NCBI RefSeq assembly: GCF_963921235.1
Contig: NC_086107.1
Location: 104,596,001 to 104,660,000 of the forward strand
Source of the DNA: Mobula hypostoma
Lineage: Eukaryota
Length of the DNA: 64,000 nt
Direction: 5' to 3'
Made by a program: the position numbers and the translations under genes. This document shows, in pieces, positions 23,905 to 35,300 of this stretch. Under the pieces are notes generated by a model that did no database searches, was not told the origin of the DNA, and worked only from the letters and a program-made list of their open reading frames with translations. Each line of letters begins with the position of its first letter. Position 1 is the stretch's first letter.

Positions 23905-24995
23905 GAGCAACACACATCAAAGTTGCTGGTGAACGCAACAGGCCAGGCAGCATCTCTAGGAAGAGGTACAGTCGACGTTTCGGGCTGAGACCCTTCATCA
24001 GGATTAATTGAAGGAAGAGCTAGTAAGAGATTTGAAAGTGGGAGGGGGAGGGGGAGATCCAAAATGATAGGAGAAGACAGGAGGGGGAGGGATGGAGCCA
24101 AGAGCTGGACAGTTGATTGGCAAAAGGGATATGAGAGGATCATGGGACAGGAGGCCCAGCGAGAAGGAACGGGGGGGGACGCAGAGGATGGGCAAGGGGT
24201 ATAGTCAGAGGGACAGAGGGAGAAAAAGGAGAGAGAGAGAAAGAATGTGTGTATAAAAATAAATAACGGATGGGGTACGAGGGGGAGGTGGGGCATTAGC
24301 GGAAGTTAGAGAAGTCAATATTCATGCCATCAGGTTGGAGGCTACCCAGACAGAATATAAGGTGTTGTTCCTCCAACCTGAGTGTGGCTTCATCTTTACA
24401 GTAGAGGAGGCCGTGGATAGACGTGTCAGAATGGGAATGGGATGTGGAATTAAAATGTGTGGCCACTGGGAGATCCTGCTTTCTCTGGCGGACAGAGCGT
24501 AGGTGTTCAGCAAAGCGGTCTCGCAGTCTGTGTCGGGTCTCGCCAATATATAGAAGGCCACATCGGGAGCACCGAATGCAGTATATCACCCCAGCCGACT
24601 CACAAGTGAAGTGTCGCCTCACCTGGAAGGACTATCTGGGGCCCTGAATGGAGGTAAGGGAGGAAGTGTAAGGGCATGTGTAGCACTTGTTCCGCTTGCA
24701 AGGATAAGTGCCAGGAGGAAGATCAGTGGGGAGCGATGGGGGGGACGAATGGACAAGGGAGTCGCGTAGGGAGCGATCCCTGCGGAAAGCGGGGGGGGGG
24801 AGGGAAAGATGTGCTTAGTGGTGGGATCCCATTGGAGGTGGCGGAAGTTACGGAGAATAATATGTTGGACCCGGAGGCTGGTGGGGTGGTAGGTGAGGAC
24901 CAGGGGAACCCTATTCCTAGTGGGGTAGCGGGAGGATGGAGTGAGAGCAGATGTACGTGAAATGGGGGAGATGCGTTTAAGAGCAGAGTTGATGG
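23905..24995 (-). mobile_element. 5'-truncated Penelope-like element inserted in the Tc1 left IR
   Basis: 13-bp TSD agaaaagattttc at 23892-23904 and 24996-25008. GIY-YIG ORF (VIYCIRCSRCGLLYIGET...RFAEH). Confidence 0.92.
23969..24010 (-). ncRNA. Minimal type I hammerhead ribozyme motif (Penelope 3' end)
   Basis: Minus strand AAUC-CUGAUGA-A-GGGUCUCAGCCC-GAAAC-GUC-GACUG; intact core, one mismatch in stem I. Confidence 0.75.
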
Positions 24996-26526
24996 AGAAA
25001 AGATTTTCAGTAGTTTTACTGACCAACTTAATTGTATTTTGTAAATATACACAAATTTAGAATTTGATGGCTGCAACACACTCAACAAAAGTTGGGACAG
25101 AGTTAAAATAAGATTGAAAGTGCACGGAATATTCAAGTAACACTGGTTTGGAAGTCTCCACATTAAGCAGGCTAATTGGTAGCAGGTGAGGTATCAGGAC
25201 TGGGTATAAAAGTAGCGTCCATCAAAGGCTCAGTCTTTACAAGCAAGGAAGGGTCGTGGCTCACCCCTTTGTGCCAAAATTCGTGAGAGAATTGTTAGTC
25301 AGTTCAAAAGGAACATTTCTCAACGCAAGATTGCAGAAAATTTAGGTCTTTCAACATCTACAGTACATAATATTGTGAAAAGATTCAGAGAATTCAGAGA
25401 CATCTCAGTGTGTAAAGGGCAAGGTCGGAAACCACTGTTGAACGCACGTGATCTTCGAGCCCTCAGGCGGCACTACCTAAGAAACCGTCATGCTACTGTG
25501 ACAATTATAGCCGCCTGGGCTCGGAAGTACTTCGGAAAGCCATTGTCACTCAACACAGTCCGTCGCTGCATCCAGAAATGCAACTTGAAACTGTATTACG
25601 AAAGGAGGAAGTCATACATCAACTCTATGCAGAAACGCCGGTGAGTTCTCTGGGCCCGAGCTCATCTCAGATGGACCAAAATACTGTGGAACCGTGTGCT
25701 GTGGTCAGATGAGTCCACATTTCAGCTAGTTTTCGGAAAAAACGGGCGTCGAGTTCTCCGTGCCAAAGATGAAAATGACCATCCAGATTGTTATCAGCGA
25801 AAGGAGCAAAAGCCAGCATCTGTGATAGTATGGGGGTGCATCAGTGCCCACGGCATGGGTGAGTTGCATGTATGTGAAGGTACCATTGATTCTGAGGCAT
25901 ATATTAGGATTTTAGAGAGACATATGTTGCCATCAAGGTGACGTCTCTTCCCAGGACGTCCATGCTTATTTCAGCAGGACAATGCCAGACCACATTCTGC
26001 ACAGGCTACAACAGCGTGGCTTTGTAGACACAGAGTGCGTGTGCTTGACTGGCCTGCTGCCAGTCCAGATCTATCTCCTATTGAAGATGATTGGCGCATC
26101 ATGAAGAGGAGAATCAGACAACGGAGACCACGGACTGCTGAGCAGCTGAAGTCTTATATCAAGCAAGAATGGACAAAATTTCCAATTGCAAATCTACTAC
26201 AATTAGTATCCTCAGTTCCAAAACGATTATAAAGTGTTACTAAAAGGAAAGGTGATGTAACACAATGGTAAACATGCCTCTGTCCCAACTTTTGTTGAGT
26301 GTGTTGCAGCCATCAAATTCTAAATTTGTGTATGTTTACAAAATACAATTAAGTTGGTCAGTAAAACTATTGAAAATCTTTTCTTTGTATTTTTGTCAGT
26401 TAAATAAAGGTTCACATGAATTAACATATCACAGATATTTGTTTTTATTGCATTTTGGAAAATATCCCAACTTTTCTGGAAATGGGGTTTGTAGATTAAA
26501 CCAATGAAACAAAGTGATGACATGAG

Positions 26527-26910
26527 GAAATCTGCAGACGCTGGAAATCCAAGCAACGCACATCAAAAACTGCTGGTGAACGCAGTAGGTCAGGCAGCAT
26601 CAGAGGTACAGTCGACGTTTCGGGCCAGGACCCTTCGTCAGGACTAACTGAAAGAGATAGTAAGAGATTTGAAAGTGGGAGGGGGGAGGGGGAGATCCGA
26701 AATGATAGGAGAAGACAGGAGGGGAGGGGTGGATCTAAGAGCTGGAGAAGGGAAAGGATCATGGGATGGGAAGTCTGGGGTGAAAGAGAAGGAGGAAGGG
26801 GAGCCCGGAGGGTGGAGAGCAGGAAAGGAGTTATAGTGAGAGGGACAGAGGGAGAAAAGAGAGAGAGGAAAAAAAAAGGAGAAAAAATAAAAAATATATT
26901 AAAAAAATAT
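26527..26910 (-). mobile_element. Penelope-like element 3' UTR fragment
   Basis: Homologous to the 3' ends at 23905-24290 and 53427-53850. Confidence 0.8.
26609..26650 (-). ncRNA. Minimal hammerhead ribozyme motif
   Basis: Minus strand AGUC-CUGACGA-A-GGGUCCUGGCCC-GAAAC-GUC-GACU; intact core and stems. Confidence 0.78.
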
Positions 26911-29192
26911 AAAGTGATGATCTTGGATTTAGTCCTGTGGGGTTGCAGAGGACACAATGGGCACTTCAACTGCACAGATAATGAGGGAAAAATTAAATGC
27001 CGAGAAGTACATTCAAAGTGATAGAAACAGATTTATGGTACTAATGCTCTCATTCCCATAATGGAATTGCGGCTATGGAGTAACCACAGCCAAAACCTAA
27101 ACGTCCTATAATATGGGACATTTAGGAAGGACAAACAACAGGAAGAGGGGTTGATGTCACAGAATTAGTAAGAGAGAGAATCAAGAAATGATCTTGTTGT
27201 TGTGACAGGTCTAGATGTAACACTAGAATCAACTTGGGTCAAGTTAAGAAATAGGAAAGCTTAATAAGATCTCTTGATACAGTATCAAATCGAAGTTGTA
27301 ATACTGGATGTGGCATAAATTGGGAAATTAAGATGTGTATCAGGAATAGTATAGTAATTATGAGTGACTATATATGGAAAAAAATTAAATTTCCTATAAC
27401 AAGGTGGAAGATGAGTTTGTGTGCTTTTCTATATCAACGTTTTGAGGAACCATGTATTGTAAGGCTATTTTGGATCTTGTGCAATGAGAAAGGGTTGCTT
27501 GATAATCTTAATGCCAAGAGGCCTTTGGAAAAAATGGAATAATGATTTTTTGAGAAGAGCAGGCAAGCCAAAACACTTGCAATTAAATGGAGTTGCTGTT
27601 CTTTCTGTGGAGATAATGTAGAGGATTCTTAGTTTTACTCCTGAAGATTTCCCTCTCCTCCTCACTACTGGTCACATTGGTGATTGATTTCTTGACTGTT
27701 TCATCGATTCTAGTGTCCACACTTGCTTCACAAACTCGCCCCTTCCATCATCTTGTTTTCTGTGCGTATCTTGCCATTCGGTATCAACTGATATTTTTTT
27801 CCCACATTCCAAGCTTCTTTCTATCTCAGCCCCTCCCACTTTTTGGGGGAGTTCTCCTCCTACCCCCCTTTCCCTCTCACCTTGGATCACAATAGAGTTC
27901 TCCTTCTGCCCCTCTCCCAACAGATACCCCACAGATCCTATCACACTGTAAGGACTCCATTTCTATTCAATAATTCCCTGTCTCTTCACCTCCCTTCCAC
28001 ACCATCCCACAGATCGTACTATCACTTTGGACACCTTCAATGGGAAGTCACTATCAAACACCTTCTCTACTCCTTCATAATCTCCTTGGTTTATTGCCCA
28101 ATTAGCCCTGTTACTCAGCCCCTTTCCCAAGAATTGCCAGAGTTACAACACACACCCTTTTATGTCACCCATATTGCCATCAAGACACCAAATGTTCTTC
28201 CCGCATGAAGGAAAAATGTACGGTACATTTAGAATGCCTTTATTTAAAATTCTGAATTCACTTTTCATAATATGTCGTCCTTTGCTTTAGAACAAGGGTT
28301 CCCAACCTGGGGTCCATGACATAAAAAAAAGGTTGGAAATCCCTGCTCTAGGAGAACAAATTCAGATTTAGTGACTGCATTGTAGCATACTTCTATTTAG
28401 CCCGTAATGTGCCTCCAGTTGTCTGTCACATTAAACCTCCCTCTCTCTCCCATTCTGACATGCCATTGGTCCATTGAAGATTTTATCTTCTGACTAGGCA
28501 CACTTCTGGATTAAGCACCATGTTTAACATTTTCAGATCACTCTGCTTTTCCAATTTACATCCCTAACCCACCCACAGTTTATTTTACTTTGTACTCTCA
28601 CTCATTTTTTTATTTTACCCATTTAGGGCCCCAAACAGTCCTTCCAGGTGAGGCGACACTTCACCTGTGAGTCTGCTAGGGTCATCTACTGTATCTGGTG
28701 CTCCCAGTGTGTCCTCCTGTATATCGTGAGTTCCAATGTAGGTTGGGAGACCGCTTCGCTGAGCACCTATGCTCTGTCCGCCAGAAAAAGCAGGATTTCC
28801 TGGTGGCTTCCCATCCATTTCAATTCTTCCCATTCTCAATCCGCCAGTCCCATCCCCTACTGCTGCAGTGAGGCCGCATTCAGGTTGGAGGAACAGCACC
28901 TTACATTATGTCTGAGTAGCCTCCAACCTGTTGGTATGAACATTGATTCTCGAACTTCCGGTATTTACCTCCACCCTTCACCATTCCCCCATTTCCATTT
29001 CCCTCTCTCAACTTATCTCCTTACCTGCCCATCACCTCCCTCTGGTGCTCTTCCTCCTTCCCTTTCATCCATGGTCCTCTACCCTCTCCTATCAGATACT
29101 CCCTCCTCCAGCCCTTTATTTCTTTCACCAGTCAACTTCCCAGCTCTTCATCCCTCCCCCTCTCCCAGTTTCACCTATCACCTACCACCTTA

Positions 29193-29701
29193 AGCCTGAT
29201 TTATACTTGTGCGTCAACTCGATGCCGTAACCTACGCAAGTGACCTACACGTGTTGTGAACATTTATACTTGTGCGTTGGTGTGTCTGCGTCGCTCTGCA
29301 ATTCACGCACGTCACACATGCGCACACACCTGCCCGTGCAAGGCTTCATGGTCATGGTAGTCTTTCTCGGGGTAAACAAGAAGTGAGCATCTTTTTTCGT
29401 AAGAGCGAAATGTGTCCTCCATAATTTCGGAGGTCTGTAAACCTTTATGGAAAGCATTGCAGCCAGAGTTCCTTCCCTGTCCTTCAGTCACCCAATGGGA
29501 AGCTATTGCAGCGTAGGATGAAATACGATGCTGCCAAGCCGACCAATCACAGCTGTTGCAGTCTGCGTTGCCGCAACGCGGTTACATTTTGGGAGAGGTG
29601 CGTGTCAGGCTACGGCGTAGGGATCCGCGTCAGCTCTGCGTGGGGTTTGCGGCGACACAGTACTTACGGCGTCGAGCTGACGCAGAAGTATAAATCAGGC
29701 T
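29193..29701. mobile_element. PIF/Harbinger-type MITE
   Basis: TIRs AGCCTGATTTATACTT...AAGTATAAATCAGGCT, extending imperfectly to about 40 bp. 3-bp TTA TSD at 29190-92 and 29702-04. Confidence 0.85.
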
Positions 29702-29760
29702 TTATATATCTTCCTTCCCTCCCCCCACCTTCTTACACTGACTTCTCATCTTTTTTTTCC

Positions 29761-29798
29761 CAGTCCTGATGAAGGGTCTGGGCCCGAAACGTCGACTG
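29761..29798 (+). ncRNA. Minimal hammerhead ribozyme motif, best-preserved copy
   Basis: CAGUC-CUGAUGA-A-GGGUCUGGGCCC-GAAAC-GUC-GACUG: perfect 5-bp stem I, intact core, stem II and GUC cleavage triplet. Confidence 0.82.
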
Positions 29799-31109
29799 TT
29801 TGCTTTTTTCCATAGATGCTGCCTGCCCTGTTGAGTTCCTCCAGCGTTTTGTGCATGTTGCTTTGGATTTCCAGCATCTGCAGATTTTCTGGCGTTTGTC
29901 ATTCAATCTCCCATGCATCCCACCCTTCTGCCTTTTCCTGTTCGTCCCTATTATCCATAACAACATTTGATTCTAATTTAAGATACCACAAACTATTGGA
30001 CATTCTCAGCGGGTCGGGCAGCATCTTTGCTCAGAAAAGCAGAAGAAAGGGATCGAGACATAGCTGCCACGTCACATCGTGTCTCCAGTGACTCGTGTTC
30101 AATCCTGACCTCAGGTACTGATTGTGCTGCTGTGCAAGACAACAAATTTCACAACAAAGGGGGACCTGATTTAGGATGGTGGTCAATAATGGCAGCTCGG
30201 GTCAAGGCTTTTGATGTTTTTTTTAGATTATGAAGACTCGCAGTCCTCTTTTATTGTCATTTAGTAATGCATGCATTAAGAAATGATACAATATTTCCTC
30301 CAGTGTGATATCACAAAACACAGCACAGACCAAGACTGAAAAAACCAACAAAACCACATAATTATAACATATAGTTACAACAGTGCAACAATACCATAAC
30401 TTGAAGAAGAAGTCCATGAGCACAGTAAAAAGTTCAAAGTCTCTCAAATGTCCCACATCTCACGCAGACGGGGGAAGGAAGAAAAACTCTCCCTGCCTTG
30501 CCGACCACAGTCCGACTCTGAGTCGTCCGAAAACTTCGAGCCTCCGAATCAGCTCTCCGACACCAAGTACTGAGCGCCATCTCTGTCCGAACGATTCGAC
30601 CTCAATCTCAGTCGCCAACAGCAGGCAAAGCCGGGGATTTTGAGGCCTTCCCTCCGGAAGATTCCTGACTGCGCAGTAATGACAGCAGCGAACGAGCGTT
30701 TCAGAAATTTCTCCAGATGTTCCTTTGTGCTTTCACGTCCCTCTCCATCAAATCAGAATTGTCCATGGCCCCTATTTAATGGATACGATATCATTTATGG
30801 TGATACGGTGTTACGGAGTCTGCTGAGCTTGGCAGTGGGTTACAGACTGTTCATTAGCAGTCAAGGTGAAATCCACAGTGCACAGTTGTTGGTGTTTCTC
30901 TCTGGGGGTGCTTGTGAGGCACCAGCACACCAGCAACTGCCCACTGAGGATGTCACCCTGAATGGTGAGGAAATGTCTGCAGGCTCGGCAAATACCGCAA
31001 CATTAAATACAATAAACCTGGTTCTGACTTTGCTTGTTTTGTTTTCTTTTTTGACCTTGTTTGGTATCTTCCCAAATTCCTGAGCTATTCATCATTGTTC
31101 ATCTTGAAT

Positions 31110-31247
31110 GTTTATTTACGAAACCGAGTTGCTAGCTCGACACTCGACCCAGCACGGATGGAAAACGTGCAAGGAGCCGGCCAGATTCGAACCCGGGACC
31201 TCTCATCTCACAGTCCGATGCGGATGCCACGACACCACCGGCCGGCA
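31110..31247 (-). mobile_element. tRNA-derived SINE
   Basis: Minus-strand tRNA-like head with a GGTTCGAATC B-box; related to 44546-44841. Confidence 0.6.
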
Positions 31248-31989
31248 TAAACAAGTGAGTATGATTGAGTACAGGTGTTATTTAATGGAGCATAAAGTGT
31301 GATTAGTGTAAGGCAGTGTGGATTTGGGTTGGCTAAAGATCCCTTTTCTGCGCTGTTTGGCTTGTTTCAGGATTGATGACCTATCATCAGAATCATACCA
31401 TTATAACATCATAACTTCTGTTCTTGAGAAACCAGCTGGTTTGTAGGCTGTGTGCCCCTCGAGGCTGTTCTATTATTTAATAAAATCGTAAACATAGCCC
31501 CACAGTCTCTGATTCCTATAATATCCAAAAAAAAATCTATAAATCTCTGTCTCAAAAATGATCAGTGACTGACCCTCCCACCTCAAAAGGGTGGAGATTT
31601 GCTCTGCTCTGGGTGAAGAAATTTTATCTTGCCTCAGTTCCAAATTGCCAACGCCTCATCTGAAGACTGTTCCCTCCTGATTTGAGCCAAGCTTATAATA
31701 TGCTCCTATCCACCCTGAGAAGACAACAATAATTTTTCATGTTTCAGTAACATTCTTCCAATCTCGAGGTTAGGGACTCTTTGTACTCTTCCAGAACTTC
31801 ACATATATTGTTTCCAAGTATTCAGAGCTGACCTGTGCACACTGTTCTAGGCTCATGTAACAGCAGCACCAGTGGGGAATTGTAGGATGTGGTAATTCAC
31901 TGGGTTTGGGTGGAATTTGTCTGTTCTGCCTGAGATCATGTGGACTTTCTCCGGGTGCTCCAGTCTCCTCCCACATCCCAAAGGAGTGT

Positions 31990-32700
31990 TTGGCTCGGCA
32001 CAGCCCAAACACCATCTATAAATTTGCTGACAATACAACTATTGTTGGCGGAATTTCAGATGGTGACGAGAGAGTGTTCGGGAGTGAAATGTGTCAGCTA
32101 GTCGAGTGGTGTTGCAACAACCACCTTGCTCTTATTGTCAGTATGACCAAAGAACTGATTGTGCATTTCAGAAAGGGTAAGACGCACCAGTCCTCATAGG
32201 GGGATCAGAAGTGCAAAGAGTCAGCATTTTCAAGTTTCTGAGTGTCAACATCTCTGAGGATTTTTCCTGGAACCAACAAATCAATGCAGCCACAAAGAAG
32301 GCATGGCTATGTGTCATTAGGAATTTGGGGAGGTTTGGAATGTCACCAAAGACACTCAAAAATTTCTACAGATGAACCATGCATTCTAACTGGCTACACC
32401 ACCGTCTGGTATGCTGGGGGTGGTGGGAGTACGGCTACTGCACAGGCTCAAAAGAAGATGCAGTAAATTGTGAACTTAGCTCTATTTTTGGCACTAGCCT
32501 CTGTAGTATCCGAGACACCTTTAAGGAGCGATACCTCAAAAAGGCAGCATCCATCATTAAGGACCCCCATCACCAGGACATGCCCTCTTTTTATCACTTC
32601 TTTCAGGGAAGGAGGTACAGGAGCCTGAAGACACACACTTCTACAATCCAGGAACAGCTTCTTCCCCTCTGCCATCTGATTTCTAAGTGGATATTGAACC
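31990..32700 (+). mobile_element. Rex1/Babar-type LINE 3' fragment
   Basis: IYKFADNTTIVG...KTKELIV and IIKDPHH...GRRYRSLKTHT. Confidence 0.75.
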
Positions 32701-33999
32701 CGCCAACACCACCTCACTACTTTTTGTATCTTTGCTCTATTTATTTAATTTAACTAATGTAATTCATGGTTTACTTTTCTCTAATCTTATGTATTACATT
32801 GTGCTTCTGTTACAAAGAAAACAAATTTCATGACGTAATCCTGGTGGTATTAAACCGGAATCTGAGTGCAGGCTGGCAGGATAATTGGCCAAGGCAAATT
32901 TTCCCTTGTGTGTGGATGAGTGATAGGATCTGGATGGAATTGAGGGGAGAATGGAGGGAAATGTGGGATTAATATGGAACTAGTGAGAATGTGAAGACGG
33001 TGGCTGCCATGCAGCTGATGGGCTGAAGAACTGTTTCCACACTCCATAAGTCTATGACCTTCCAAAAGTAGCTGCACACCGAGATGGAAGGTTTCAAAGG
33101 ACTGCAATCAAAGACAGAGTCACCTCTGTGCTTTCTCTTTCTACATCCATCTTGTTATCTTTCGGAATCCCCAGGGATCTATCTTTTGTGCCCTTTCCAT
33201 CCACCTGAGTGACATCAGCTGAAAACACAGCATGTTCTCCAGGGATTTTTGTTTACCTTGTAGGGAGCTGAGGAGTGACCTCGTGCATCAACACATGAAG
33301 GGTGAAGATAAACCAAATGGTCAGTCTATTTTTCCCCAGGGTAGGGGAATCTAAAACTACCAGTGGCTTCCAATTTGGGGGCCATGGACCCCCTCAGTTA
33401 ATTTTAGCCAGAAAGTGGTGAATCTGTGGAATGGTCTGCCACAGACTGCAGTGGAGGCCAGGTCCATGGGTATATTTAAGGCGGAAGTTGATAGTTTCCT
33501 GATCGGTCAGGCAGGCCATCAAAGGATATGGCGGGAAAGGCGGGTGTATGGTATCTGGGATCAGCCACGATAGAATGGCGGAGCAGACTCAATGGGCTGA
33601 ATGGCTTAATTCTGCTCATATGTCTTTATGGTCTTAATGCCATAAAACGATTGAGAACCACTGGTTTAAGCTAAGAGGGGATACTTTCACACAGGGTGGT
33701 GGGTATATGGAATAAGCTTCCAGAGGCTGTGGTTGAAGCAAAGACATTTGGAAGAATATATGGATAGAAAAGGTTTAGACGGATGGTCCAAATGTAGACA
33801 ATCGAGACACAAGAGAGTGAAGACAAAGAAATCTATTGTGACAGAAAATAGTGAAGGCAGGGTCAGGAAATGGAGCCCAGCCGAGTTCCTCCAGCTATGC
33901 CCCTTGATGTGCACAGACAAGTTCTGTTTCCTCGATTCGATGAATAGGTGAGATAGATCTTTGGAGATCAAGCAATGAAGGGCTATAAGCCAAGAGCCC

Positions 34000-35300
34000 T
34001 TTAAATGGTTCAGCAGGCTCGAGGGGCCGCGTGGTGGAGGTTAAAGCAAACCTCAGCTTGCGGTGCCAGCCCCGGCCTGTGGCGGCGCCCGCGGTCCAAG
34101 AGTAGGGGACGGGAGGTGTGTTCCCTAGTCACCTTGGCAACAGCTCTCCCCTGCCTGTCCCTCAACCACCACCCTCCCCGGCCCAACCTAACCGCCGAAC
34201 CGGAAAGCGATAGGTCTCCACGCGGCACACTGCGCCCCATATCCAGGGAAATTACCGCCCCCCCGGCTGACGTCACCATTCCCATCCGGACCGGGAGCGG
34301 ACGGCGAGGCCGCCCGGCAGAGGGCGCCAACGGGCGTTCCCGGCACGCGCGGGTGCGGAGGGGTTGTGCTCGCGCCCGGGGGGGGTGGTGGGTACAGGCA
34401 CGCGCCGGGGACTGTGCACGCGCGCGGAGCGCGGCGAATCTGGGCCATTTTTTTTAAAGATTGTTTTCCGCTCCCGCTCCCTATCCCTGTGTGTGTGTGT
34501 GTGAGGTAAAACTCGGCGCGGTTGGCAGCGCCGTGAGCTGGGCTCCCGCAGTTCTGTGTGAAATTGCCGGGTGTAGATTTGCGCCGTGCTTTGGAGTGGG
34601 GGGTAAAAGTATTTTTTTTGTTATATTGTAGATTTTTTTTTGGGTCTCTTCTCCCCACCCCGTGCGGTCGTCCGTCCGGTTTCTCTCGCCTTCGGCCCCG
34701 TGCTGCCGCTGCTAGCCCGCGTCCGACAACACCGCCTACCCCATCCATCCCTCCTTCCTCTGAGTGCAGACTGATGGCGGCGGAGCCGGTGGCCGGTGGG
34801 GGGTTCGGCCCCGGGCCCGGCCCTGGCCCCGAGCGAATGTTACGAGGGCTGAAGCGAGACGAGCCGGGAGACGCAGCGGCGGCCGAGGCGAAGAGGCAGC
34901 GTCTGGAAGCCAGCGTGAACCCGGGAGAGAACGGGATGAGCAGCGAGGCCGCACAGGTAGGCAGGAGAAGCGAATGCAGTGGGCGGTGGTGGCCCAACTG
35001 GAGTGAGGCCGGAGACGGGGTCGGGGGAGGGGGAGTGGGAATGGGTCCGGGACCGATGGGGCCTTCCCCCGGGAGAGAGGCGGGGATTGGGGTGAGGGTT
35101 TCCTCCAGGAGAGAGGCCGGCACACAGTGGGGTTGGGGGCTCTCAGGAGCCTGGCCAGGCCCAGAGGGATCCTTCTCTTCCTTTCCTCCACCCTACTCCC
35201 AAAGAGTAAAGGCCGGTCTGTACCGAGCTCCATTTTGCCTTCGACGACGTTGGTCACCACAACTTTCAGTGAAAAAGAACCGGTGGAGCCCTCATAGAGG
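34000..35300 (+). promoter_or_regulatory. CpG island / promoter of the third gene
   Basis: Very GC- and CpG-rich. CRE TGACGTCA 34268-34275, YY1-like GCCATTTT near 34444, GC-rich motifs. Confidence 0.75.
34774..34956 (+). CDS. First coding exon of an unidentified protein (MAAEPVAGGGFGPGPGPGPERMLRGLKRDEPGDAAAAEAKRQRLEASVNPGENGMSSEAAQ)
   Basis: ATG GCG GCG start within a CpG island, 61 codons, phase-0 donor CAG|GTAGG, bipartite-NLS-like KR-x11-KRQR. No downstream exon recognised in the window. Confidence 0.65.

Larger units (their letters stand above)
23800..26491 (+). mobile_element. Tc1 (DD34E) DNA transposon with long IR/DR-type inverted repeats; transposase inactivated
   Basis: TA TSDs at 23798-99 and 26492-93. 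TIR CAAACCCCATTTCCAGAAAAGTTGGGA, inner repeats near 25080 and 26280. Transposase about 25249-26262 with WSDESTF, FQQDNARPH, SPDLSPIE (D34E); start codon mutated and in-frame stops present. Confidence 0.92.
28617..29890 (+). mobile_element. Penelope-like element 3' part, split by a Harbinger MITE
   Basis: RRHFTCESARVIYCIWCSQCVLLY...; the 3' UTR resumes at 29705. Confidence 0.8.

Noticed and set aside
23206..23932. ORFs of 147-198 aa left of the Tc1
   Set aside because: No motifs; they run across unrelated repeat junctions.
31364..31394. Minus-strand CUGAUGA-stem-GAAAC motif
   Set aside because: No NUH triplet or stem I partner follows; at best an old decayed Penelope hammerhead.
34188..35123. 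311-aa minus-strand ORF and other long ORFs over the CpG island
   Set aside because: Low-complexity Pro/Ala/Gly text expected from GC-rich, stop-poor DNA. No domain, and it overlaps the better-supported plus-strand exon.
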